Below, piece by piece: positions 28,302 to 36,823 of a DNA stretch of 64,000 nt. Numbering within the stretch: position 1 is the first letter of the stretch; the number at the start of each line of letters is the position of its first letter. The DNA is from Escherichia phage SD2. The translations under genes were made by a program, and so were the position numbers. The notes beneath the pieces were generated by a model. That model had not been told where the DNA came from. It was given only the letters and a program-made list of their open reading frames with translations, and searched no databases. Location of the stretch: the sequence record PQ821640, one strand, 5' to 3'.

Positions 28302-28595
28302 TCACATTAAGACACGTTTTGTGTTGATGGGAGCATCATCAAACATGTTAAGAACATTGTCAAGCAGTTTTACTAATTCATTTGTAATTTGTTCCCTTGA
28401 ACGGGAGGAAGTGAGCACTTTGCTTTCACCAACAATATGCATAACTTTTATAGGAGCATCTAAAATGATGTTGTGCTGACGATCCTCTTCAAAAGAAGCC
28501 AACCATTTCTCATTGTTACCGTGCAAGGCTACAATCACACCAAAACCGTTAATTGTTTCAGAAATATTCTTAGTTGCTAAAGTAATGTTCATCAT
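28302..28595 (-). CDS. hypothetical protein
   Basis: ORF track 97 aa; first gene of the minus-strand block. Confidence 0.5.
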   Translation of the reverse strand: MMNITLATKNISETINGFGVIVALHGNNEKWLASFEEDRQHNIILDAPIKVMHIVGESKVLTSSRSREQITNELVKLLDNVLNMFDDAPINTKRVLM

Positions 28596-28711
28596 CTACC
28601 TCTTTTGTTACGATACACACAGAGTACCAGAAACTAATTTCAGATCAAGTATTGACATACTGTTTTATTGTGCTAATCTTAATGCATACACAAATGAGAG
28701 GAGATAAACGA

Positions 28712-29263
28712 ATGCAAAACACCGATCTGACTTGGGTAGAAGCCAAAGAAGCAATGTTAAAAGGCAAACGTGTTAAACATAAATACTTTTGCGAAGGGGA
28801 ATGGTTTGAAATGCGTAACCAATCCCTTGTAGACGAAAAAGGAAATAACATGGAACAATGGTTCAAAAATGAAATTTGGCAGGGAACAGGTTGGTCTATA
28901 GTTGAAGATCAGCCTAACTCAAGCGCACTGTTTAGCCCTATTATGTATCGCGTCATCGGTGCTTTAGTTGTTGATCACGGGATTGCAGTGGAAAAAGAAT
29001 GCTGGGAAGAGGTATCTTTTTTCAACCTGGCTTCTTATGCAAAAAGCCATATGCACTTGTTTGAAGAAGGGGGTGAATTTGTTCTTCGTATGCGCTATGG
29101 CAAAGAATTCAGATTACCACTTGATAATGATGTAGACACTGTTGTAAAATGGTTAGCAGAGCATTATGCTTACGATGCAATTTGTGGTCGCAGCTTCGGT
29201 AACGAACGCTGGGACATGATTTGTGAAAAATATGATTTTGAGCCGGAATACGGAGTTTTATAA
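28712..29263 (+). CDS. hypothetical protein
   Basis: Start at MQNTDL with RBS GAGAGGAG; track ORF trimmed. Confidence 0.5.
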   Translation: MQNTDLTWVEAKEAMLKGKRVKHKYFCEGEWFEMRNQSLVDEKGNNMEQWFKNEIWQGTGWSIVEDQPNSSALFSPIMYRVIGALVVDHGIAVEKECWEEVSFFNLASYAKSHMHLFEEGGEFVLRMRYGKEFRLPLDNDVDTVVKWLAEHYAYDAICGRSFGNERWDMICEKYDFEPEYGVL

Positions 29264-29514
29264 TGTTAAGTATCAAACCTAAAATGATAACAGCAGATGA
29301 AGCAGACTTTATTTTCAAATGTGGACGTGTATGGAGAGAATTCACAAAAGGGAATGAAGTGGTTGTTGTTGTCGAACACAAGATATCTATCCAGGATCTG
29401 TTTGGACAATATGTTGATGTTATTAAATTAGGTATTGACAAGGGTTTAGTTGAGGTGTTAACATTAGATCAAGTTGAAGCAGAGCACCTCGATAAAGTGG
29501 TGGTTGAATTTTAA
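29263..29514 (+). CDS. hypothetical protein
   Basis: ORF track 83 aa. Confidence 0.45.
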   Translation: MLSIKPKMITADEADFIFKCGRVWREFTKGNEVVVVVEHKISIQDLFGQYVDVIKLGIDKGLVEVLTLDQVEAEHLDKVVVEF

Positions 29515-29534
29515 AATACAGACGGGAGAAAGGT

Positions 29535-29708
29535 ATGAGTTTCTTTGTTACAGTATTTATGGCTATCTGGATTGTAGTCTCACTCGTTCTTTTCCTGGTG
29601 GGTTGTCTGGAAGAGATTAAGAAAGCAGTTATTTGCGGTTTCTTTGGCTTTATTATCTCTCCTGCCTGGATGTGGTTCTTCATTATGATTGGTTTCCTTA
29701 AAAGGTAA
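29535..29708 (+). CDS. small membrane protein
   Basis: Manually found ~57 aa hydrophobic ORF, RBS GGGAGAAAGG; approximate. Confidence 0.35.
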   Translation: MSFFVTVFMAIWIVVSLVLFLVGCLEEIKKAVICGFFGFIISPAWMWFFIMIGFLKR

Positions 29709-29722
29709 GTGAGGAATAAAGA

Positions 29723-30160
29723 ATGAGTAAAACAAACGCAATCGCAGATAAAGCAACGGATGTACTTCTGAACATGGTTAACGTCACTATTCAAACAATG
29801 AGTGATGTTGTGGAGTTTGGAAAACAACAAATTCCAGAAGTAATCCATCAATTACTAGTGTGGAAAGCAGTATCCGCAGGTTTATGGCAACTTTTTAGTA
29901 TTTGCTTTATGTTTATTACTTTTATTGCTGTGCGGAACCTCGTAAAAGCAATTAAAGATAAAGAATGCCTGTGGTCACGAGATCGCTATGGTGAAGTATC
30001 TGCTTTACCTATTGTTGGTCTTGTTGTCTGTGCTTTCTTTTTCTTTTTAGGATTTGTTATTTTCTTTTCGAATTTTGATTGGCTAAAAATCATTATTGCA
30101 CCAAAAGTGTATCTGATTGAATTTGCTGCTGATTTAATTCGTTCATCTCAACAAAAATAA
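29723..30160 (+). CDS. membrane protein
   Basis: ORF track 145 aa, multiple TM segments. Confidence 0.5.
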   Translation: MSKTNAIADKATDVLLNMVNVTIQTMSDVVEFGKQQIPEVIHQLLVWKAVSAGLWQLFSICFMFITFIAVRNLVKAIKDKECLWSRDRYGEVSALPIVGLVVCAFFFFLGFVIFFSNFDWLKIIIAPKVYLIEFAADLIRSSQQK

Positions 30161-30171
30161 AAGGGGTTAAA

Positions 30172-31299
30172 ATGAAATACACGATTTATGGTGATATTGT
30201 AAGTGTAAATAAAGATATGGGTGTGGAATCTAATTATCTTCCACCTGGATTCTATACTGTTAGTCGTGATCCCCTTGGCAATTATTTTTTAAGCCGTGGT
30301 AATCTAACAGGTGTACCGGATGTTCTGTATGGTGAAACAGAAAAACGAGCAAATCACGTTATCCGTACATTCCATCGCCGGAGTGCACAAGGTAAAAATA
30401 CAGGTTTGCTTCTGACAGGAACTAAGGGCAGTGGTAAAACTATGTTAGCCAAGCTCATTAGTCGTGACCTTGTAGAAGAAGGTATTCCAACTATTATGGT
30501 TACTCAAGCCTACAGTGATGCTAATTTCATTGAACTTATTAGCAAGATCACCGACAAAGCAGTGATTATTTTTGACGAGTTTGATAAAGTGTATGAGAAG
30601 AAACAAGATCAAGAAGCACTTCTCACTTTGTTAGATGGTACTGGCAGTGGTAATAAACTGTTTATTCTAACTAAAAACAGTGGCTTTATCTCTGAATTCT
30701 TTCTAAATCGTCCTAGTCGTGTGTTTTATAATTTTAATTATGATAAAATCTCACTAGAAACTATGATTGACTATTTAGATAAAAACCTGGATAACAAAGC
30801 ACACTTTGATAATTTCCAAAGACTTTGGGATGTAAGTTTAGAGTTGTCCTTTGATGTGATCCAAGGTATAGTAGAAGAACTTAATTTCTACCCTGATTTA
30901 TCCTTTAAAGAATGCATCTCTATGATGGGCGTTTCTTTGGGTGGTGGTAATAAATGGGATATCAGCAGCGTTGTTATTAATGGAAAACTTCAGAAAGTTA
31001 GCTGGGTATCTAGTTGGCATAACTTCACACCTGCAATCTTTTTAGGTGGTTCGTGCACACTAGACGTGTACTTGTCATCTCCAAGTGATGCAGACTCTAA
31101 AGAAGCCCTTGCTAATAGCTCTTACGTGGTTTTTGATGATGAAGGCGATGCTCGAATTCCATTGAATGCGACAAAAATGAAAGCAGATCTTATTACAGGC
31201 GGTAAAATCGTTGTGTTTAGTGATGATCCAGAAGATTCTTTCCGTATTGTTCTGGAACCAACTATCACCAATGGTGCAACTTTGGCAAGTGTGTTTTAA
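30172..31299 (+). CDS. AAA-type ATPase (paralog B)
   Basis: 375 aa; Walker A GTKGSGKT, Walker B IIFDEFDK; collinear similarity to 13226-14386 product. Confidence 0.7.
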   Translation: MKYTIYGDIVSVNKDMGVESNYLPPGFYTVSRDPLGNYFLSRGNLTGVPDVLYGETEKRANHVIRTFHRRSAQGKNTGLLLTGTKGSGKTMLAKLISRDLVEEGIPTIMVTQAYSDANFIELISKITDKAVIIFDEFDKVYEKKQDQEALLTLLDGTGSGNKLFILTKNSGFISEFFLNRPSRVFYNFNYDKISLETMIDYLDKNLDNKAHFDNFQRLWDVSLELSFDVIQGIVEELNFYPDLSFKECISMMGVSLGGGNKWDISSVVINGKLQKVSWVSSWHNFTPAIFLGGSCTLDVYLSSPSDADSKEALANSSYVVFDDEGDARIPLNATKMKADLITGGKIVVFSDDPEDSFRIVLEPTITNGATLASVF

Positions 31300-31304
31300 G
31301 TAAG

Positions 31305-31330
31305 CCAGCAAATAAAAACCCGCTTCGGCG
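31305..31330 (+). terminator. rho-independent terminator
   Basis: AAACCCGCTTCGGCGGGTTTTCTTG; same core as terminator at 55300-55324. Confidence 0.7.
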
Positions 31331-31373
31331 GGTTTTCTTGCATTAATGCCAGATTTAATAAGAGGAGTAGTAG

Positions 31374-32363
31374 ATGGCAGCACCAAAATCATGGGAACAA
31401 TATAAAGAAGAGTGTATACCAATAGCAGAGAGTAAGCAAATCCAAATCTTAGGATGGACGGGACAATGGAAAGGGGTCCACACAAAACTTGATTTGTTGT
31501 GCCATTGTGGTTATAAATGGGATACTACAAGTATTAACAGTTTTAAATGTGGTAGCGGTTGTCCACAATGTAGGAGGAAGAATATAAGGAAGTCACAAAC
31601 AATGTCCGACGATCAACATATTGCAGATTTCTTTTCTACAGGGGAATTTAAGGAAGGCACTATCTTCACTAACACAGGAACACGGGGTAAAGGATGTAGG
31701 AATATTATCTGGATGGTTGAATGTCCTGTTTGCTCTCATGATGAATATGTTCAAGCAGGTGTTTGTGATGGTAAATTTTACTCTGAAGGAGATAACCTTA
31801 AACGAGGGTATATTCCGTGTCGTTGTGGGAACTATCGGTATACAGAAGACCAGATCACCTATAGGGTAAAAAAGGAAGTAGAAGGGAAAGGGTATGTCTG
31901 GGTAGATTGGATTACCAAACCCTCTTCTATAGGTAAGTTTAAATATCTTTGTCTTGTGCATGGTGAGCAGATAGGGAGTGCTAATAATTTATTAAGCCTC
32001 GGTCGAGGTTGTCCTATGTGTGCTGGTCATAGTCAGCAGCAGTTATATATTAATATTGTTAAGGATGATAATATTATAGTTGCTCTTAAGTTTGGTATAG
32101 CTAAAGATAGTGATAGGCGATTAAACATTCAAAATAGCCGTAATCTGTTTTTTATGGAACGTATTTGTTTATATGATTTTAGCACAGTGAAACAGTGTAA
32201 GGCTGCTGAAAGAGCTATAAAGAAAAAATTAAAAACTGGTATTTTAACAGCAAGAGAGTTGAAAGACGGTCATACAGAAACAGTAAGTGTTTCTGATTTG
32301 GAAAATCTTCAAAAAATTATTACACAATATGGTGGCAAGTTAGTATACAATAAGGAGGTGTAA
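31374..32363 (+). CDS. zinc-ribbon repeat protein with C-terminal T5orf172/GIY-YIG-like region
   Basis: 329 aa; several CxxC...CxxC pairs; C-terminal VALKFGIAKDSDRRL resembles T5orf172 motif. Confidence 0.5.
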   Translation: MAAPKSWEQYKEECIPIAESKQIQILGWTGQWKGVHTKLDLLCHCGYKWDTTSINSFKCGSGCPQCRRKNIRKSQTMSDDQHIADFFSTGEFKEGTIFTNTGTRGKGCRNIIWMVECPVCSHDEYVQAGVCDGKFYSEGDNLKRGYIPCRCGNYRYTEDQITYRVKKEVEGKGYVWVDWITKPSSIGKFKYLCLVHGEQIGSANNLLSLGRGCPMCAGHSQQQLYINIVKDDNIIVALKFGIAKDSDRRLNIQNSRNLFFMERICLYDFSTVKQCKAAERAIKKKLKTGILTARELKDGHTETVSVSDLENLQKIITQYGGKLVYNKEV

Positions 32364-32915
32364 ATGCGGATTACTGATAAGTATGTGTTCTTCTTTTCAG
32401 CAAAAGATGAATTTAGCAACTGGTATCTATCATCTTTTATTGAACCTTTAGCACCCAAGTATAATAATTCTATTACAAGTTCTGTTGAATTTACTTGTGT
32501 GGAACAATATATGATGTGGAGAAAAGCATGTTTGTTTTATGATTACAGTATTGCATCTTCTATTTTAACCGGAGATCTAAGATATACAGGAGAAAAAGAA
32601 CAAGCATATTATAAGCGACTAGGCAGATTAGTTAAAGATTATGATGAAGATACCTGGACTTCTTTACGGGAGAAGATTGTCAAACGTGGTTTGTATCTTA
32701 AATACACACAAAATGAAGATCTCAAAAATAAACTTATAACCTACGCAGATAAGGAGTTCGTAGAGGCAAGCCCTTATGATTCTATTTATGGTATCAAAAT
32801 GGGGATGTGGGATCGTGACGTGGAAAATAAGGACTGTTGGAAAGGACAAAATCTTTTAGGAAAATGGCATACAGACCTTGCTGTTTATCTAAAAGCACAA
32901 TCTGATATTTCCTGA
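32364..32915 (+). CDS. NADAR (YbiA-like) domain protein
   Basis: 183 aa; EFSNW, EQYMMWRKACLF, LGRLV, KFTQNEDLKNKLITY..EFVEAS..D..YGIKMG pattern of the NADAR/DUF1768 family. Confidence 0.7.
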   Translation: MRITDKYVFFFSAKDEFSNWYLSSFIEPLAPKYNNSITSSVEFTCVEQYMMWRKACLFYDYSIASSILTGDLRYTGEKEQAYYKRLGRLVKDYDEDTWTSLREKIVKRGLYLKYTQNEDLKNKLITYADKEFVEASPYDSIYGIKMGMWDRDVENKDCWKGQNLLGKWHTDLAVYLKAQSDIS

Positions 32916-32940
32916 TATTTTGAAAATTTTTATTTTTATA

Positions 32941-32955
32941 AAAAGGGGTGTGGGT
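32941..32955 (+). promoter_or_regulatory. AAAGGGGTGTG motif, copy 1
   Basis: Recurs at 44180 and 44259 at the borders of the cassette array. Confidence 0.3.
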
Positions 32956-33129
32956 TTCATGTACGGAAATTCACCCTCTGAATAATATATTCAGAGTAAA
33001 TATTATTTTGTACTCTGTTAATAAATTATTTAATTTGTTTGTTGGATTATGATATCTGGTTTTTAAAAGGCATACTATCTCTTAACTACTACTTATAACA
33101 GAACAGTAAAATCATTTTTATAAAAAGGA

Positions 33130-33340
33130 CAAAATTATTTAAAGTTTTTACAGATTTTTGGATACAAATTTTGAAAATGAAAAGTTCAAGTTTGGTCAAA
33201 ATTATTTAAAGTTTTTGTATGTATTTCTATCCAGATTTTGAAAATGAAAACTTCAATTTTTTAAAAATTCCCCAGTTTATTTAAAGTTTTTTTACCTTTT
33301 TCCGTAGAAAAATCAAAAATGAAAAGTTCAATTTCGTGTT
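33130..33340 (+). repeat. three tandem ~68-70 bp repeats (ATTTAAAGTTTTT ... ATTTTGAAAATGAAAAGTTCAA)
   Basis: Direct repeat units at about 33130, 33198 and 33266; each contains the inverted repeat TTGAA..TTCAA. Confidence 0.6.
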
Positions 33341-33349
33341 TTTATGGGT

Positions 33350-33470
33350 ATGCGTATGATAATCATTCTCATTTGTAAATGAGAATCATTATCATTTAAT
33401 TATGTAAATGATAAGCATTCTCACTAAGAGAATGAGAATCATTAGCAAATGAGAATTTTTCTCATTTGCA
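33350..33470. promoter_or_regulatory. cluster of at least 4 Fur-box-like palindromes
   Basis: ATGATAATCATTCTCATT, AATGAGAATCATTATCATT, AATGATAAGCATTCTC, AATGAGAATCATTAGCAAATGAGAA versus Fur consensus GATAATGATAATCATTATC. Confidence 0.45.
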
Positions 33471-33479
33471 GAATAACGC

Positions 33480-34100
33480 GCAGGGGCGGTGTTTGTCTCG
33501 CGCTCCCGTGTCCCCTCGCCATACAATAAGAATAGCATAACCAACAACAAAAGCAAGCGATTATTTTTATCTTTACATTTCTTTACAAATTTATTTTAGA
33601 CGAGCTACCGGCGATCAACCTTCCAACCAGTGCCCCTGGTATGTTAGCCCCGCCTTTACGCCGTGGGGGTGGCGCTTCCTCTTCTGTATGTAAAACAGTA
33701 TAAGCCCGATCCCTGGGCTTGTCAAGATTATTTTTTGTTTTCTTGCCAGGATAGGACACCTAACCAAAAATACATGTCGCCCCGTGCCCCTGGCGGGATC
33801 TTGCTTTCCCCGCCGCCACTGCAAGCCCATAAATAACCATTTACGAACGTATCAAAGTGATCTATCTCTTCCACCTTATGATCGCCCAGGTTGAGAACGG
33901 TTTCAACCTTTAAGCCCGTTGCGCTTGCTACCTGGTGCACCGTGCCGCCTTGCCAGCCCAATGAGTGCATGAGATGTAAAGGAGTATTTGTCATGGTATC
34001 GCCCTTTCTTTGATGTGCGCCCTGGTTGGCGCGGTAGAAAGATAATAGCCGTTTCCTTTATAGATAGCAAGCAAAAAAGAAATGAAAAAAGATTAAAAAA
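33480..34100. other. GC-rich compositional island
   Basis: Visibly higher GC than the flanking AT-rich sequence. Confidence 0.5.
33728..33994 (-). CDS. hypothetical protein encoded in the GC-rich island
   Basis: ORF track 88 aa; overlapping alternative frames present. Confidence 0.3.
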   Translation of the reverse strand: MTNTPLHLMHSLGWQGGTVHQVASATGLKVETVLNLGDHKVEEIDHFDTFVNGYLWACSGGGESKIPPGARGDMYFWLGVLSWQENKK

Positions 34101-34104
34101 ATGG

Positions 34105-34166
34105 TTGACGTTCCTCACCTGGTAGCGTAGTATTCATCTTGTCGAGGGGCGGCAATAGTGCCGCTC
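34105..34166 (+). promoter_or_regulatory. cassette 1: promoter (TTGACG-17-TAGTAT) + 5' hairpin GGGCGGCAATAGTGCCGCTC
   Basis: Sigma70-like boxes; hairpin starts ~8 nt after the -10. Confidence 0.6.
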
Positions 34167-34188
34167 ATAACAGAAGAGAGAAATAATC

Positions 34189-34461
34189 ATGGCATCATAT
34201 AGCGCATCAATGATCGTAGCTGGCATCACTGGTAAACCTATGCGCGGTGGCGGATCTTTCGCTAACATCAATATTGATGGACGTTTATCCCTGGACGCAG
34301 CGATCACAGTGGCACGGGAAACGTTTAAAAAAGAATGTAATTTCAATAAACAAGATTATCTCGGTTTCGCTATTGAAAAAACCGCGCGATTTGTGGATTA
34401 TAAAAGCCCGAAAATGATCGACACTACACTAAAAGCGCAAGATGTAGCGTTTTTGCTTTAA
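34189..34461 (+). CDS. hypothetical protein (cassette 1)
   Basis: ORF track 90 aa. Confidence 0.55.
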   Translation: MASYSASMIVAGITGKPMRGGGSFANINIDGRLSLDAAITVARETFKKECNFNKQDYLGFAIEKTARFVDYKSPKMIDTTLKAQDVAFLL

Positions 34462-34464
34462 GTC

Positions 34465-34524
34465 TTGACACTGAAAAATAATTTGGTAATATATACTCCA
34501 TAAGGCGGGAAATGGTTTCCCGCC
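34465..34524 (+). promoter_or_regulatory. cassette 2: promoter TTGACA + hairpin GGCGGGAAATGGTTTCCCGCC
   Basis: Consensus -35, TG-extended -10; canonical hairpin core. Confidence 0.65.
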
Positions 34525-34546
34525 AAAACAAAGAAAGGGTAACACA

Positions 34547-34909
34547 ATGAGCAAGCAAATCAATACTATCATGTTAAACCTGGTATCTTTCCGCGATGAC
34601 GTGAAAAACCTTTCGCGTGATGCAGTGGATGCACGGATCGAAAGCTATCGCACACAGATCGCAACGTTACCGCTGAAACGTGATCAACATGCCGCTAATA
34701 TGATGCTTGATGCTATGATTAAAAAGATGATTCAATGTGATCTTACCCTGGCTTATGAATATGCTGGCGATCTCTTTGTAACATATAGCAAGCCCGTTCC
34801 AGGTATGAGCACCACGGAAGAATTGCATGCCTTAAATCTGCGACAAGATGCATGGGATAACATGCGCCGTGTTATGGTATGGGTAGAAAGCGGTAAAATT
34901 TACGAATAA
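34547..34909 (+). CDS. hypothetical protein (cassette 2)
   Basis: ORF track 120 aa; RBS AAGAAAGGG. Confidence 0.55.
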   Translation: MSKQINTIMLNLVSFRDDVKNLSRDAVDARIESYRTQIATLPLKRDQHAANMMLDAMIKKMIQCDLTLAYEYAGDLFVTYSKPVPGMSTTEELHALNLRQDAWDNMRRVMVWVESGKIYE

Positions 34910-34915
34910 AAACGG

Positions 34916-34969
34916 TTGACATTGCACTAAAACCTGATAAGCTATCTTAAAGCGGGAATTGTTCCCGCT
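34916..34969 (+). promoter_or_regulatory. cassette 3: promoter TTGACA + hairpin AGCGGGAATTGTTCCCGCT
   Basis: Hairpin variant preserves pairing. Confidence 0.55.
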
Positions 34970-34987
34970 TACATAGGATAAAACTTT

Positions 34988-35134
34988 ATGAAACAATATG
35001 TAATGAGTATTCATACCAAAAACGGCGCTACTGTTACGACTCCGGCACGGTTTGCACTTGTAAACCGTTGCAAGAGACTAAAACGAGAGTTAAAAAATAA
35101 CCGTGCAACGGGCTTTAAACGCTGGGGAGGATAA
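34988..35134 (+). CDS. small basic protein (cassette 3, ~48 aa)
   Basis: Manual ORF; stop is followed by GGAGG and the TTG start of the next gene; approximate. Confidence 0.4.
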   Translation: MKQYVMSIHTKNGATVTTPARFALVNRCKRLKRELKNNRATGFKRWGG

Positions 35135-35136
35135 TC

Positions 35137-35397
35137 TTGTTTTTTCTAAAAGTTTTTGATAATGTGATCGCTTTTGAACATGCTACAACGTTCGACCTGG
35201 CGAGATACGCTATCAGGTTTAAAGATAATGTTTATCCCCGTGCTGGCGGCGGTTACACTATTTTTAATCATCGCAACGCGCAACTGACTGATGTAACTAA
35301 TCCAGATCCTGGAGTGTATCGCATAGGCTGGCTACCGTCAAAAGACGCGGCAAGCATGTTTAAGTTATGTAAACTACTAACAGAAGAGGCGAACTAA
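35137..35397 (+). CDS. hypothetical protein (TTG start)
   Basis: ORF track 86 aa; TTG start 6 nt after GGGGAGGA. Confidence 0.5.
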   Translation: MFFLKVFDNVIAFEHATTFDLARYAIRFKDNVYPRAGGGYTIFNHRNAQLTDVTNPDPGVYRIGWLPSKDAASMFKLCKLLTEEAN

Positions 35398-35398
35398 C

Positions 35399-35953
35399 AT
35401 GGGGCGTGAATATGTGATCCAGTCCTGGGTAAAGCATGACGCAAATGATCCGCGCATAATACCAGATGACATGATCGATCACATGGTGGGGTATAGCGGG
35501 GAGCAGATAGGAAATCGAGCGGCAAAGAGCAACGGCAACACCAGAACGAGATCCGTTCGCCCTGGATGGCTGGCAAATGGTAACGCTGACATTGCAAGCG
35601 CCGCAGATCCAAGCGATGACGCTAAAAATAATCCCTTGTATAACATTGATCCGGCTTTTAAGGTGTTGGAAGAGTATCCCGCTAAATTAGCCGCACTAGA
35701 TAAAGCATACGAAGAAAAACGGGTGGCATGGACTGTATACAACACCGCTAAAATGGTGCTAGATGCAAAATTGATTAAAGCCCAGGAGAAGATCAATAAA
35801 CTTGTTACCATAGCGCAAGAGGAAGACCAGGACGACCAGGAGGAAGAGGAAGAAATCATGCCTATCCTGGAAGAGGAAGAGATCCAGCCATACATGCCGA
35901 CGGAAGAGGAAAAAAGACAAGCCTTAAAAAATTATAAAAATTGTATTGTGTAA
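35399..35953 (+). CDS. hypothetical protein with acidic D/E-rich C-terminal region
   Basis: ORF track 184 aa; RBS GAAGAGG. Confidence 0.55.
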   Translation: MGREYVIQSWVKHDANDPRIIPDDMIDHMVGYSGEQIGNRAAKSNGNTRTRSVRPGWLANGNADIASAADPSDDAKNNPLYNIDPAFKVLEEYPAKLAALDKAYEEKRVAWTVYNTAKMVLDAKLIKAQEKINKLVTIAQEEDQDDQEEEEEIMPILEEEEIQPYMPTEEEKRQALKNYKNCIV

Positions 35954-35956
35954 GGC

Positions 35957-36013
35957 TTGACATATGCAAACAAGCCCCGTAATATGTACCACATAGAGCG
36001 GGGCAACGCCCCA
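35957..36013 (+). promoter_or_regulatory. cassette 4a: promoter TTGACA-17-TAATAT + hairpin GAGCGGGGCAACGCCCC, no ORF directly after
   Basis: Followed ~20 nt later by a second promoter; possible short leader or small RNA. Confidence 0.5.
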
Positions 36014-36034
36014 TAAGGTGAAATAAAAAATCAC

Positions 36035-36062
36035 TTGACACCTGAAATCAGTAAGCTATAAT
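36035..36062 (+). promoter_or_regulatory. cassette 4b: consensus promoter TTGACA-16-TATAAT
   Basis: Exact -35 and -10 hexamers. Confidence 0.65.
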
Positions 36063-36099
36063 GCTTATATAAATTAAAGCGTTACTAAGGAATAAAATC

Positions 36100-36465
36100 A
36101 TGGCTAAAAATATTAATGTTTCTGCTTATGCTACCCTGGCTAATACTGCTAAAATTGAACTATCCAGCATTGAAGCGGTACATATTAGCGCCCGTCGCTG
36201 GTTTCAAAAGTCTTATGGTAATACTTATTTCTCTTTGATGGTTGACGTTGAGATCGGCGGTAAACTGATTGAAGTCGTTAACGTTCCGTTTCATTATGGT
36301 TATGGTGATCATTTTGATACCGTTGCCCTGGAAGAGTTTAGCAAGGTTATCAACCTGGAAGGTAAAGAGTTTTCAAATTATGCTTATCTTTCCCGTTTTT
36401 GCCGTGATAATGGGATCGCTGTATACAGTCATGCAAGCGATGTTAAACGTAAAAAAGATTTATAA
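36100..36465 (+). CDS. hypothetical protein
   Basis: ORF track 121 aa. Confidence 0.55.
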   Translation: MAKNINVSAYATLANTAKIELSSIEAVHISARRWFQKSYGNTYFSLMVDVEIGGKLIEVVNVPFHYGYGDHFDTVALEEFSKVINLEGKEFSNYAYLSRFCRDNGIAVYSHASDVKRKKDL

Positions 36466-36469
36466 AAAG

Positions 36470-36535
36470 CATTGACAGCACGAATAAAAAGAGTAAAATG
36501 TTTCATATCAGGACGGGGGAACGGTTTCCCCTCCT
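36470..36535 (+). promoter_or_regulatory. cassette 5: promoter TTGACA + hairpin GGACGGGGGAACGGTTTCCCCTCC
   Basis: Hairpin variant with altered stem that still pairs. Confidence 0.55.
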
Positions 36536-36554
36536 AACAAAGAGAGAAATAAAA

Positions 36555-36737
36555 ATGGCTAAATGCACTATTTGTAAGAAAGAAATAGTATTAGTTCCAA
36601 GCGCCCGTGAACGTGCCGCTAAGTTCGGTGGCAAACCGTCAGACTATACGAAAATGTTTACTACCCATGCAGCTTGTCAAGTAGCAAAACGTTCACAAGA
36701 AAGCGTAGAATTAATGCGTAAACTTTCCAAAAAATAA
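36555..36737 (+). CDS. small protein MAKCTICKKE... (cassette 5)
   Basis: Start at Met20 of track ORF, after hairpin and RBS AAGAGAGAAA. Confidence 0.5.
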   Translation: MAKCTICKKEIVLVPSARERAAKFGGKPSDYTKMFTTHAACQVAKRSQESVELMRKLSKK

Positions 36738-36741
36738 GTAT

Positions 36742-36803
36742 TGACAAAGTATTTTATTACTATATAATGGTTTACATCGAGAGCGGGAATAGTTCCCGCC
36801 TCA
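36742..36803 (+). promoter_or_regulatory. cassette 6: promoter TTGACA-16-TATAAT + hairpin GAGCGGGAATAGTTCCCGCCTC
   Basis: Consensus boxes. Confidence 0.65.
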
Positions 36804-36823
36804 CTGAAAAAGAGATTAACATC

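Noticed and set aside
33615-34118. Overlapping minus-strand ORFs 33615-33830 and 33903-34118 in the GC-rich island
   Set aside because: They are alternative frames overlapping the 33728-33994 ORF; GC-rich sequence produces long open frames by chance, so at most one is likely real.
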